Assembly: GCA_963793865.1 (NCBI GenBank) | Contig: CAWCBP010000014.1 | Location: forward strand, 224,001-288,000 | DNA: 64,000 nucleotides | Direction: 5' to 3' | DNA from: an uncultured delta proteobacterium | GTDB taxonomy: Bacteria > Desulfobacterota > WTBG01 | Shown here: positions 39,496 to 49,322 of the stretch, in pieces | Numbering within the stretch: position 1 is the first letter of the stretch | Layout of the letters: the number at the start of each line of letters is the position of its first letter | Position numbers and translations under genes: made by a program | Notes under the pieces: model-generated | The model's database searches: none | What the model was told of the DNA's origin: nothing | What the model saw: only the letters and a program-made list of their open reading frames with translations

Positions 39496-41670
39496 CTATC
39501 CCAGCCGGCGCCTCAGATTTGTATAGCGCTGCTCTGTCTTGTTGCTCTTAACCCCGATTGCCAGGGCCTTGCTGGTGCCGATGATGACCACCAGTTTCTT
39601 CCCCCGGGTTACCGCCGTGTAGATCAGGTTTTTCTGCAGCAGCACGTAGTGCTGGGTAAGAAGGGGTATCACGACGGCAGGGTATTCCGAGCCCTGGGAT
39701 TTGTGCACCGATATGGCATACGCCATAACGATTTCATCCAGATCGGGATAATCATACACCACGGTGCGCCCGTCAAAGGCAATGGTTACCTCCTGCATTT
39801 CCGCATCAATGCGCACAATCCTTCCGATGTCGCCGTTAAAGACATCCTTATCGTAGTTGTTGCGAACCTGCATAACCTTGTCATTGACCCTGAAGTTCCT
39901 GCCGCCCCTGGTAATGCCGTCTTCCCTGGGATTAAGCGTTTGCTGCAGGACCAGATTGAGGTTTTCCGCGCCAACTACCCCCCGGTGCATGGGCGTGAGC
40001 ACCTGAATGTCGTCAACGGGATGCAGGCCGAAGCGTTTTGGAATCCGCTCGGTTACGAGCTCTACAATAAGCTTCAGCACCTCTTCAGGGTTCTCCTTTT
40101 GGATGAAATAAAAATCCTCGCTTTTTTCGCCCGGGGTCTTCAGGACGGGCATGACCCCATGGTTAATCTTGTGCGCATTCACCACAATCAGGCTTTCCTG
40201 CGCCTGGCGGAATATCTCATGCAACTCCACCACCGGCACGGCCCGGGAATCGATGATGTCCTTGAGAATGTTTCCCGCGCCCACCGAGGGAAGCTGGTTG
40301 ACATCACCGACCAGAATCAAGGTGGCCCTGACCGGAATTGCCCTGAGGAGGTGATGCATGAGCAGGGTGTCTATCATGGAAACTTCGTCGATGATGATAA
40401 GGTCACCGTCTAAAGGATTTGTTTCGTTTTTCTCAAACCCGCCTTCCCGCATGCTGTATTTCAGCATCCGGTGAATGGTCTTTGCTTCATGGCCGGTTAC
40501 TTCGCTCATCCGTTTTGCCGCCCTTCCGGTGGGAGCGGCAAGAAGGATGTGCGCGCCGGCGCGGGAAAAGATTTTTAAAATGGCATTGATGATGGTTGTC
40601 TTCCCCGTGCCCGGTCCGCCGGTAATGACCATCACCTTGTGATCAATGGCGGAACTGACAGCCTCCTGCTGCCTGTCCGCGAGTTTTATGGAAAGCTGTT
40701 GCTGCACCCATTCCACCGCTTTCGGGGCGTCAATAGCCCTTTTTGACAAGGGTGCGCTGATGAGGCTCTTCAGTTTATTGGCAATTCCTGTTTCAGCGAA
40801 ATAATATCTCGCCGGATAAACGGCTTCGGCGCTGACCCCTTCTACGCCGGCGCTGCCGCGCACGTCCTCAATGACAATTCTGCCGTCAGCAGCGAGGGGG
40901 GCAAGCGCTTGAGCGATGATTTCCTGTTCCACCCCGAGTATTTCCTGACACTTCTTAATAAGCAGCTCGCGTGGATAATACACATGTCCTTCTTCCGAAA
41001 TCTGGTTGAGCACGTAAAGAATCCCCGCTTCTGCCCGCTGTGCCGAATTTTTAGCGACTCCAAGCCGTTCCGCGATTCGGTCGGCGGTGATAAAACCGAT
41101 GCCATAAATATCAGCAGCCAGACGGTAGGGATTTGCCTTTACCACCTCAATGGATTTCTCTTTATACTGCTTGAAAATTTTTGTGGCATAGCCTGAGCTG
41201 ACTCCCTGGCTTTGCAGGAAGATCATGACCTCCCGAATTTCCTTTTGGGCAGTCCAGGCATTGCGGATCATCTGAACGCGTACATCGCCGATACCTTCCA
41301 CCTCGGTAAGTTTCTTGCTGTCATGTTCAATCACCGCGAGGGTTTCCTCACCGAAGTGTTTAACGATTCGTTTGGCCATTACCGGTCCGATGCCCCTGAT
41401 CAGGCCGGACCCGAGATATTTTTCGATGCCGCTGACCGAGGCCGGCACAAGCGATGTGTAGTGCATAACTTTAAACTGTGCGCCGTACCGCGGGCTCGTC
41501 ACCCACTCGCCCTGCATGACAATAACCTCTCCCGGGGTTGGAGCAATAATGTTTCCCACGACGGTTACAAGATCACTGCGGTTGGGGATTTTAACCTTGG
41601 CAACCGTGTAACCGTTTTCCTCATTACAGTAGGTTATCCGTTCTATTTGCCCCTGGAGATCGGTGAGCAC
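39496..41670 (-). CDS. recD2: ATP-dependent RecD2-like DNA helicase
   Basis: N-terminal OB and HhH region (GIGPVMA), TGGPGTGKT, APTGRAAKR, DEVSM, VGDVNQLPSVG, HKSQGSEY, YTAVTRGK. Confidence 0.95.
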   Translation of the reverse strand: MLTDLQGQIERITYCNEENGYTVAKVKIPNRSDLVTVVGNIIAPTPGEVIVMQGEWVTSPRYGAQFKVMHYTSLVPASVSGIEKYLGSGLIRGIGPVMAKRIVKHFGEETLAVIEHDSKKLTEVEGIGDVRVQMIRNAWTAQKEIREVMIFLQSQGVSSGYATKIFKQYKEKSIEVVKANPYRLAADIYGIGFITADRIAERLGVAKNSAQRAEAGILYVLNQISEEGHVYYPRELLIKKCQEILGVEQEIIAQALAPLAADGRIVIEDVRGSAGVEGVSAEAVYPARYYFAETGIANKLKSLISAPLSKRAIDAPKAVEWVQQQLSIKLADRQQEAVSSAIDHKVMVITGGPGTGKTTIINAILKIFSRAGAHILLAAPTGRAAKRMSEVTGHEAKTIHRMLKYSMREGGFEKNETNPLDGDLIIIDEVSMIDTLLMHHLLRAIPVRATLILVGDVNQLPSVGAGNILKDIIDSRAVPVVELHEIFRQAQESLIVVNAHKINHGVMPVLKTPGEKSEDFYFIQKENPEEVLKLIVELVTERIPKRFGLHPVDDIQVLTPMHRGVVGAENLNLVLQQTLNPREDGITRGGRNFRVNDKVMQVRNNYDKDVFNGDIGRIVRIDAEMQEVTIAFDGRTVVYDYPDLDEIVMAYAISVHKSQGSEYPAVVIPLLTQHYVLLQKNLIYTAVTRGKKLVVIIGTSKALAIGVKSNKTEQRYTNLRRRLG

Positions 41671-42268
41671 AAAAAACCCCCTGTTCCCGGATCATGAGAC
41701 GCCTTAATCTAATAGGAAACGTAACGGTTTTCAATCTAAATGTTGGGAGGGTTTATCGGAAGTGTTTTTTCGATACGTATGGAAGAGGAGGCTGTTTTTA
41801 CCTGCAAAGACCGTTTTCCCTGTATCTGCTGAAGCATAAAAAACCCTCAAGCGGGCGGGAAACAAATACCTCTTCCTCGCTTGAGGGTTTACAATCACAT
41901 TTTGTCTGCGCGCCTTATCCACAACATCAGGCACACAGACCAAACCCAGGAAATTTGAGAATCATATTAACCTCCTTTCAATAAAAGGCTAATATAATGG
42001 AGACTTTCAAATCACATTCATTATATAGCATATTTTAGCAGAGTAGTCAATGCCGTCCTTAAAAGTCCGTATAACCGCTGTCAGAAGAGATAATAACAGG
42101 GCGAAGCAATAATAAACAGCGTTTTAAATTATCGCTATGGCAGAGATAGCCATCGCTTCAGCTGTATAACGTACCTGCTATCCAGCCGTCCAGCCTTTCC
42201 GGGTTGCTACGGAGCCGCCAGCATTACAGGAAGTACTGCACAGAGATCACAATAATGAGCGGAAAGCG

Positions 42269-42466
42269 TTACAGATGCGGCCAGTTTTTCAAAACATGCG
42301 ATAGCAAGGTAGGCATCGTAATCGCCAAGGCAATCTTTCCCGCCTTGTCCGCAACGTCATACAGTTTTTTTACATGCGATGCCATTACGTGTGCGCTATT
42401 TCTGGTGACAGTTTGATAAAGATGCAGCCTGAAATTTGCATAAGAATGGGTTAATGATTCATTCAT
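42269..42466 (-). CDS. Small hypothetical protein
   Basis: AAAGGAG RBS 7 nt before ATG; co-oriented with the upstream small ORF. Confidence 0.4.
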   Translation of the reverse strand: MNESLTHSYANFRLHLYQTVTRNSAHVMASHVKKLYDVADKAGKIALAITMPTLLSHVLKNWPHL

Positions 42467-42534
42467 AAGAACGCTCCTTTCTGTCTTTACATTCGTCCGG
42501 TGTGCTTGTATGCAACTGGATTTTTGAACTCAGA

Positions 42535-42777
42535 TTAAAAACGGGTTTGAATGTATAGCCCGAGTATCTTCCCGCACTCACTAAATCTTATGTATGATAC
42601 ATAGCTGAGACCGACAAGCAGGACCGTCCACAGGACAACCACTATGTCCTCCGTTTCCGCTGCTGCCTTCATTTTTTGATACAGTGTGGATAGATGTTCC
42701 AGTGCCCTTTCCTTGAGGTGTTCATAGGCAAGATGACTTCTTTCCCACTCCCCATGATGTATTGATATCGTTCTCAT
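42535..42777 (-). CDS. Small membrane protein (one TM)
   Basis: AAAGGAG RBS; IVVVLWTVLLVGLSYVSYI helix. Confidence 0.5.
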   Translation of the reverse strand: MRTISIHHGEWERSHLAYEHLKERALEHLSTLYQKMKAAAETEDIVVVLWTVLLVGLSYVSYIRFSECGKILGLYIQTRF

Positions 42778-43072
42778 GATGGCTTCTCCTTTCAAAACAG
42801 GTTGGAAGTTGTTCTATGGCATTACTTATACCGAATGAACTGCGAAATACAATCGGGGACACCCTGTTTTTTGGCTTCGCAATGCCTGATTCCGAGGGTA
42901 AAAATGCATTAGGCATTTATACGATAGGGAAGCTCTTTTTTTCCTAGTACGGTTTGCGCCGGCAATTAAAAAGTATTAAAAAAACAAGCAATTGAACACA
43001 TTAATTGGATCGGCAACAATAATCAACAGGTACTCCAATTCAACACATAATACGCCGGCGATTACCGGCAAT

Positions 43073-43104
43073 AAAAAGCCTCTCAGGATTCTTCCCGAGA
43101 GGCT
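43073..43104 (-). terminator. Rho-independent terminator, near-identical to 4335-4368
   Basis: Minus strand AGCCTCTCGGGAAGAATCCTGAGAGGCTTTTT. Confidence 0.75.
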
Positions 43105-43130
43105 CGATTAGTCAGCTGGATGATTCGCTT

Positions 43131-44297
43131 TTAGTAAGTGCACCACGGACTTGTTGGACAGGAGGGACAGGGGCTGTTGAGTGAATTTCTGCCGAAATCA
43201 ACCTTGAACCGCGCGGCATCACTTCCATCAACATTGCTGTTGCATGAAAAATCTCCGTTGCAGGGATCTCCGGCATTGCATGGTCTATCCATGGAACTGC
43301 GGCCAAAATCAACTTTGAAGATTGCTGCATCACTCCCGTCACAGTCAGCATCATTACCCTGAAAGTTACCCTCGCACTCACAGGCATTGCCGCAACTATT
43401 GCCGAGAGGTGGATAGGTGTCTTCCTGGCCAGGGTTAGCCCTATAAGCGCAATTATCAACGTTACCGCACACCGTGTCATTATCATAATCGTTGTCGGGG
43501 TCACTGGGACAAAGGCTAAACGTGTCAAGCAAATCAACCGTTGCCTGCACTATTGCATCCTGCTGAGCCTGCCTGGTTATGCCTGCAGTGTTGTCCCCGG
43601 GCTGGACGGGGTCAGGAGACGTGTCATACCAGCCAAACTGTGTATGATTGCCTCCTTCAATTGCTACAAACTGTGTATAGGGCGGAAGATGCTGCTTTGA
43701 AGGCTCAATATCTTCTTCAAGTGTGCAAATACCGTCGTTTGTCCCATAAATAGATACGGCCTTGATTATTTTGTCATCTAATCTGGCAACCTCCGATGGC
43801 CAGCCCGCCCATAATACCACACCGTCAATAGTATCGGTATGTTCTCTGGCATAGGCGCAGCCTCCGAAAGCTCCCATGGAATGGCCACCTATTGCCCATT
43901 CCAGAAGGCCTGGATGGTCACTGATTACTCGGGTTGCACGCTGAGCGGATGCCCCAATGGCCAGATCGTTTATCATTTTTACAATAAAGGTGGCAAACCC
44001 CTGACGGGCGATTTCATGGGCAAAGGGGGCATAGGAACGGGGATCGACATAGGCGCCGGGATAAATGATAAATCCGATGGTCACCCCGGGTGCAGTCGGT
44101 TCGAAGGCAAAGTAAAAGTTTGATCCCGCCTCCCATTCCGGGACGGTAACCTCGGTCACGGTGACCTCCGCGTCTGACGTTAGGGCGGCGATCGCTTCCG
44201 GCAAGGGCGGAAAACTTGCCGCCATCGCTGATGAACCAATGAAGCAGGGGGCAAATATGCTTATCCATATGGTATAGATTAATTGTTTCGCGCTCAT
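43131..44297 (-). CDS. Secreted alpha/beta-hydrolase (Abhydrolase_5-like) with TSP3-like linker and Cys-rich dockerin-like C-terminal module
   Basis: IYPGAYVDPRSYAP, GGHSMG, GTND, EGGNHTQFGWY; tail GNF…DGSDAAIFKVDFGRS…CNGDFSCNSNVDGSDAARFKVDFGR…PCPSC…WCTY. Confidence 0.85.
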   Translation of the reverse strand: MSAKQLIYTIWISIFAPCFIGSSAMAASFPPLPEAIAALTSDAEVTVTEVTVPEWEAGSNFYFAFEPTAPGVTIGFIIYPGAYVDPRSYAPFAHEIARQGFATFIVKMINDLAIGASAQRATRVISDHPGLLEWAIGGHSMGAFGGCAYAREHTDTIDGVVLWAGWPSEVARLDDKIIKAVSIYGTNDGICTLEEDIEPSKQHLPPYTQFVAIEGGNHTQFGWYDTSPDPVQPGDNTAGITRQAQQDAIVQATVDLLDTFSLCPSDPDNDYDNDTVCGNVDNCAYRANPGQEDTYPPLGNSCGNACECEGNFQGNDADCDGSDAAIFKVDFGRSSMDRPCNAGDPCNGDFSCNSNVDGSDAARFKVDFGRNSLNSPCPSCPTSPWCTY

Positions 44298-44506
44298 GCT
44301 CTTATCTCCGCTGGCTGTGAGGGTAGGCTATTCTGCAAATGCCCGTCAGTGAAATGCTACATATCAATTAAGTTAACTGCATATTATATATCACATATTA
44401 TTCCCAAAAACAATCCTTTTCAAAAATATCTTCCCATCAGGTCATGACAAGCGATTTGTCAAACTTCCTCAAATTGGATCATAAATCTTTGAAAACCTTT
44501 TAAAAA

Positions 44507-46444
44507 CTAAGGGGCCTGTTTAATCAATTCTGCCAATTTTTCATCGACCTCATATCCAAGCTGCTGTGCCTTCTCTACATGACTTTTTGCCAGGGCATAA
44601 TTCTTTTTCTCATAATGTGCGAGCCCGAGCCTATAGTGCGCTTGTGCAAGTGAGGGGTTGATTTCCAGTGCTTTTTCATATTGTTCCATGGCTTGGTCAT
44701 ACATCCCTTTGACGTAATACGCCAGCCCCAGATTATAACGTGCCTCGGCGAATGAGGGGTTGATTTCCAGTGCTTTTTCGTATTGTTCCACGGCTTGGTC
44801 ATACATCCCTTTGGTATAGTACGCCAGCCCGAGATTGTTGCGCGCCTCTGTAAGGTTTGGGTTGCCGGCTAATGCCTTTTCATATTCTTTGATGGCCTTG
44901 TCATATGCTCCCTTTCTCTTGTAGGCCACACCCAGATTGCTGTGCGCATCGGCGAAGTCCGGATTGATGGCAATCGCCTTTTCATATTCTGCAAGGGCAT
45001 TATCGTGCCAACCCCTGCCGTCATACAGCACCCCCAGGTTATTGTGCGCGCTGGCCACTCTTCCCGGGAAATGCTTAATGACATGCGTCCACAAGGTTTC
45101 TGAATCCCGCCACTTAGCAATCTGCTTTATGGTCAGTTGACCGAGGGTGACACAGATGAGTGCTCCTATCAGCCCTCCTGCGATTATTCCATATTGCCGG
45201 CGAACCAACACAGCCAACAGCCGTGCGATCCCGATTCCCGCCAATAAAAAAATACTGACGCCGGGGAGATAGGTGTATCGATCCGCTGCCGCCTGACTGC
45301 CAACCTGAATGACGCCCACTACCGGCAAGAGCGTAATCAGGTAGTATGCCCAGGCAATTAAAAAAAGATGTCTCCCCCGCCGCCACTGCCATGTGCACCA
45401 GGCGGTAACACTTACAGTCACAATGGCGGAGATACTGTAGTAGGCAAGATCAAAGAAGCCGATGACCTTGGGGAACGGATAGTAAGGAACCAGTTCCCAG
45501 GGCCAGAGCATCTTGGCCAGGTAGAACACGGGAGAATGAAGCGCATGAACGAGCCTGAAATAGAGGGGCAATCTTTCAAGACTTTCGAACGCCCCTCCGG
45601 CATGCTGCGCAAGGACGGTAAGCATAGCCGAGATACTGCTTAACAGGAGAAAGGGAACTTTTTCCAGCAGGACCCGGAGATTCCGGTCAGCGCCTGCAGA
45701 GAGGCTGATGCGCCTGAAGGGATAGATGTCCAGAAGAAGCAGTATCAGGGGAAGGGTCACGGCCATTGGTTTCGCCATCAGCGCGGCGGCCGCGAGAGCC
45801 AAGCCGGCAGCGAACCAGGCTGCCCGCTTCTGCTTGTCGGCGGCTGAGACAAAAAAGCAATAGCAGACAAGCGTCAGAAGAAAGAAAAAGGCGCAGAGCA
45901 CGTCCTTGCGCTCTGCTGCCCATGCTACCGATTCTACATGCACGGGGTGAACGCCGAACAGCAAGGCGGTCACACACCCGGCAAGCAGGGCAAAGGCCGG
46001 CGCGGGAAAAGGTTCAGAGGATGCCGCTTTATTGTTCGCCTGAGCCTTAAGCAGGAGATGTATTGAGAGAAAAAATACGAGCAGGGCATTGAGCCCATGC
46101 AGGAAAATGCTGGTAAGATGATGTCCGGCGGGATCAAGGCCGAAAAGGGCATAATCCACAGCGTGACTGAGCCATGTCAGGGGATGCCAGTTTGTCGCGT
46201 GAAAGGAGGTCAGCATCCAGCGGATCGCCCCCGGGCTTAACGACCGGATATGGATGTTTTCATAGATATAGATACCATCATCCCAATTGACGAAATTGTT
46301 TCTAAGGGCGGGGATATAGAGCAGAACGGCAATCATAAAAACCATAATGCCGCCGGCAATTACCATCCGGCGTAAAGGTCTTCTGGTACGATTCCTGCCC
46401 CTGATTTCTGCAGATCTTTTCTGCCTGAGGGATCTTTTACCCAT
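44507..46444 (-). CDS. TMTC-like GT-C membrane glycosyltransferase with C-terminal TPR repeats
   Basis: FVNWDD, WHPLTWLSH, HPVHVESVAW…ERKD, LEKVPF, ADRYTYLP, about 5 TPRs. Confidence 0.85.
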   Translation of the reverse strand: MGKRSLRQKRSAEIRGRNRTRRPLRRMVIAGGIMVFMIAVLLYIPALRNNFVNWDDGIYIYENIHIRSLSPGAIRWMLTSFHATNWHPLTWLSHAVDYALFGLDPAGHHLTSIFLHGLNALLVFFLSIHLLLKAQANNKAASSEPFPAPAFALLAGCVTALLFGVHPVHVESVAWAAERKDVLCAFFFLLTLVCYCFFVSAADKQKRAAWFAAGLALAAAALMAKPMAVTLPLILLLLDIYPFRRISLSAGADRNLRVLLEKVPFLLLSSISAMLTVLAQHAGGAFESLERLPLYFRLVHALHSPVFYLAKMLWPWELVPYYPFPKVIGFFDLAYYSISAIVTVSVTAWCTWQWRRGRHLFLIAWAYYLITLLPVVGVIQVGSQAAADRYTYLPGVSIFLLAGIGIARLLAVLVRRQYGIIAGGLIGALICVTLGQLTIKQIAKWRDSETLWTHVIKHFPGRVASAHNNLGVLYDGRGWHDNALAEYEKAIAINPDFADAHSNLGVAYKRKGAYDKAIKEYEKALAGNPNLTEARNNLGLAYYTKGMYDQAVEQYEKALEINPSFAEARYNLGLAYYVKGMYDQAMEQYEKALEINPSLAQAHYRLGLAHYEKKNYALAKSHVEKAQQLGYEVDEKLAELIKQAP

Positions 46445-46844
46445 AAGAAGGCTGTCTGTAAGCGGAGGGTATCAGGAAAATGCTATCTCTCACGTCGTTG
46501 CGAGCGCAGATATGTTTTTACACGACTGCTTTGCAGCCCTAACGGTAACGTCATTATCATTGGCTATTTGATAGCGTGCGTTGACGATTCTCATATGCTT
46601 TTATACCACGGAACATGCCGCGGTGCAAAGAGTTAGCTGATTGAAAGTATCCCATGCGTTGTCTGGGGTATGTGAGTGCGATTTAGCTTTGTTTCCAGCG
46701 GATAAATGTGTTATGAAACATGCTTGCGTGCAGGTTGAATCGTTAACCGTAACGTGTGGTGCCGGCGCATAGCTGTTAATGATGCTTATGTAGCTGTTGC
46801 AGATTGATGCGTTGCACCGCAATCAGGTTGAAGAAGGAGGAACC

Positions 46845-48677
46845 ATGAGGCCGAACAGTTGTGGAACGGTTGATATTGTAAAGACGGATTATGATCCTAA
46901 TATATCAAAGGTACCTGAATTGATCGGCAAACATCCGGGTGTCATCGCGCCGGTGACACTTGCTAAAGTGAACCCGCTGGAATTTGTCAAGCCGGCAAGC
47001 GCGTCGCGGGTAAGCGGCATGATGGAAGTTGAGGTGGTAATTCGCGAAGGCAATGAAGAGCTGCGGAAGAACCTCAAAAAGGTTGTCCTGACCATAGACG
47101 GCAGGCGGTTTGAATGTGATAAACCTCCCTACCGGGTCGATTTTGACACCTCCCATGCCGGGTACCGGGTCATTAAACTAAAAGCAGAGGCCATCGGCAC
47201 CGAGGATGGTCAGGATGACGCTGTTCTGGCTTCCTTTTACACCAATGTCATTGCTGAGAATGGCCGCTGTGACAAAACAAAGCCGCTGCTTCTTTTTGCC
47301 GGCGTGTTTGAGCCAAAGATAGAAAACCGCAGGGGTACATGGACGCCGGAGATGTACCAGAAGGCCTACACCTTTTCTGAAAAGATGATGGGCCATCTCA
47401 TGCACTATGGATTCGTCCCCGATTTTTTGAAGGAGGTTGACCAGTTTGCCGTGCTGATTGATCCGACCCAGCTTGACAAGGGGTATGATGAATATGCACC
47501 CCGGGAGCTGGTTGATGTGCTGGGCAGGAAGAGCGGGCCCGGATGCGATGGTAAAACCTATACCGATATGATCCAGGGGGCGCACTGGATTGAAAAGTCA
47601 AAGACACGGCTGGGCACCATTCTCCGGGGATATCACATCCCCGAAATGGGTCTGCCCAACGACATGCCGGATATATTCGAAGTGTTTGCGGCACGGGTGA
47701 TCAGCTACTACTGGCAGTTCGACACCCAGGGAGGCATGCGGGCATGGGACCAGACGCAGGGTATCTTTAAAGACATCATGGTGGATCTCAAAAAGAGCGG
47801 CCATGACATCCCCTGGGAGGTGCATTCGCTCATCATCGGGAAAAGGCCGGACCACCTCAAAAACATGATTAAGCGGCAGGTGCTGGAAAATAACATAAGC
47901 TGCGTGGTGCTCTGCGATTTCATAACCGACCTTTCAGACTTTGAGGATACCAAGGGGATCTGGGAAGAGGTGCAGGAGGCAATTGACCTGGTGGAAAAGG
48001 AAACCGGAAAGAAGCTGCCGCTCTCCATTGTCTATACCACGGAAGGGGAGTTGCAGGGGGCGCACCCTGACTTTGCCGAGGCTGCATTGCGGATAACTAA
48101 AAATGAGATTGAACGCATCGGCGCTCCGGAAAAGGCAAGGATAGGGCTCATCCTGGGTGAGCATGGATATCCCCCCGGCAACGGCGATGAAGATGTCATC
48201 GGCATCAACCAGGAGCGGGTCCGTCAGAATATGCGGCGCGTCTATGATAAGGCACTGCCCGGCATAAGAAAGGGTACTACCGAATACCGGCTGAGCATGA
48301 ATGAGTTTAACAACCACCCCGATTCATGGCAGCCGTCATCCATGGAGCGGATGATTGACTACCTGCACCGGGGGTTTGATGCCGTCATCTTCCAGCCCTA
48401 CTACTTTACCTACGAAACCATTGACCTGTTTGAGCATTTGCGGCACTGGGCGTTTGAAGTGGACGGCATCGACTATCATCATGAGTTCCATGGCGGCCAT
48501 GAAATCCTGCATGACTACCGGAGCGATTTTGACTTCAGGGGAACGCGCATTATCATCACCGGCTCGCTCCTGGGGCGGTATGAAAAGGAGGGCAGCCGTC
48601 CTTTGGTTCAGGAGGCTTATAAACTCTTTAAGGGCGGCGTCGCGGACACCATAGCCCGGAAACTGGACTCGCTGTGA
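46845..48677 (+). CDS. Ferrochelatase (class II chelatase)-like protein with an N-terminal beta-rich (Ig-like) extension
   Basis: LILGEHGYP…GD…WQPS…RGFDAVIFQPYYFTYETIDLFE matches the HemH C-terminal domain pattern; AAGGAGG RBS. Confidence 0.55.
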   Translation: MRPNSCGTVDIVKTDYDPNISKVPELIGKHPGVIAPVTLAKVNPLEFVKPASASRVSGMMEVEVVIREGNEELRKNLKKVVLTIDGRRFECDKPPYRVDFDTSHAGYRVIKLKAEAIGTEDGQDDAVLASFYTNVIAENGRCDKTKPLLLFAGVFEPKIENRRGTWTPEMYQKAYTFSEKMMGHLMHYGFVPDFLKEVDQFAVLIDPTQLDKGYDEYAPRELVDVLGRKSGPGCDGKTYTDMIQGAHWIEKSKTRLGTILRGYHIPEMGLPNDMPDIFEVFAARVISYYWQFDTQGGMRAWDQTQGIFKDIMVDLKKSGHDIPWEVHSLIIGKRPDHLKNMIKRQVLENNISCVVLCDFITDLSDFEDTKGIWEEVQEAIDLVEKETGKKLPLSIVYTTEGELQGAHPDFAEAALRITKNEIERIGAPEKARIGLILGEHGYPPGNGDEDVIGINQERVRQNMRRVYDKALPGIRKGTTEYRLSMNEFNNHPDSWQPSSMERMIDYLHRGFDAVIFQPYYFTYETIDLFEHLRHWAFEVDGIDYHHEFHGGHEILHDYRSDFDFRGTRIIITGSLLGRYEKEGSRPLVQEAYKLFKGGVADTIARKLDSL

Positions 48678-48719
48678 GGGTTATGTGGGGACGCGTATCG
48701 CTGCCGGATTAAAACGCGA

Positions 48720-49046
48720 GTGACAATGAAGACCACCGCCAATGACCTCCGACAGTTCCGTGAAGTGATTCAAATGTTCATTGAAGGGAAAATGAATTGC
48801 TATGCCACCATCATGGTGAAAGCCGATTGCGGTATGGAAGAAGTCCATATTGAAGAAACCAAATACCGGGCAAGCCTGTTCATGATACACCGCATGCTGA
48901 AAACCATGGATCATGAAGAAATAGCAGCAGCATTGGGAATTTCATGTCCCCTGTTGAACGAGTGGGAAAACGAGAAATGGTTCAGGACGCTGGTGTATTC
49001 CAACTACAAGGAATTCCTGATGCACCTGGGGGAATTGTATACCTAG
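48720..49046 (+). CDS. Small hypothetical protein with HTH-like segment
   Basis: HEEIAAALGISCPLLNEW. Confidence 0.45.
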   Translation: MTMKTTANDLRQFREVIQMFIEGKMNCYATIMVKADCGMEEVHIEETKYRASLFMIHRMLKTMDHEEIAAALGISCPLLNEWENEKWFRTLVYSNYKEFLMHLGELYT

Positions 49047-49229
49047 TGTCGCGTCCCAGATGTTCATTACATAAGTGGTCACGATATACACCGTCGTTGC
49101 GAGCGAAGCGAAGCAATCTCATGCTGTGTAACATGCTGCTTTTATTGGAAGAGATTGCTTCGTCGTCCGCCCCCGCGGGACTCCTCGCAACGACTTTTTA
49201 TGATAAGTTATTTCCGGGACACTACACTG
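49043..49229. mobile_element. MITE-like element enclosing a long hairpin repeat
   Basis: Imperfect terminal IRs TAGTGTCGCGTCCCAGA / TCCGGGACACTACACTG; inner IR GTCGTTGCGAG…GAAGCAATCTC / GAGATTGCTTC…CTCGCAACGAC. Confidence 0.55.
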
Positions 49230-49322
49230 CCGGAGGGTTTTTCACTGCCGTCCCGGAGCAGAGCGTGCATTTCTCCCATTTACGGTTCGGGCGGCCGAAA
49301 CTTTTGTGAGCAGGAGGTGGGG

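Noticed and set aside
39496..41670. RecD2 as part of a defence or mobile system
   Set aside because: Ordinary stand-alone RecD2 with no adjacent nuclease, relaxase or integrase
44650..44850. Near-identical 102-bp direct repeat as DGR template or array
   Set aside because: It corresponds to in-frame 34-aa TPR duplications; no reverse transcriptase is present
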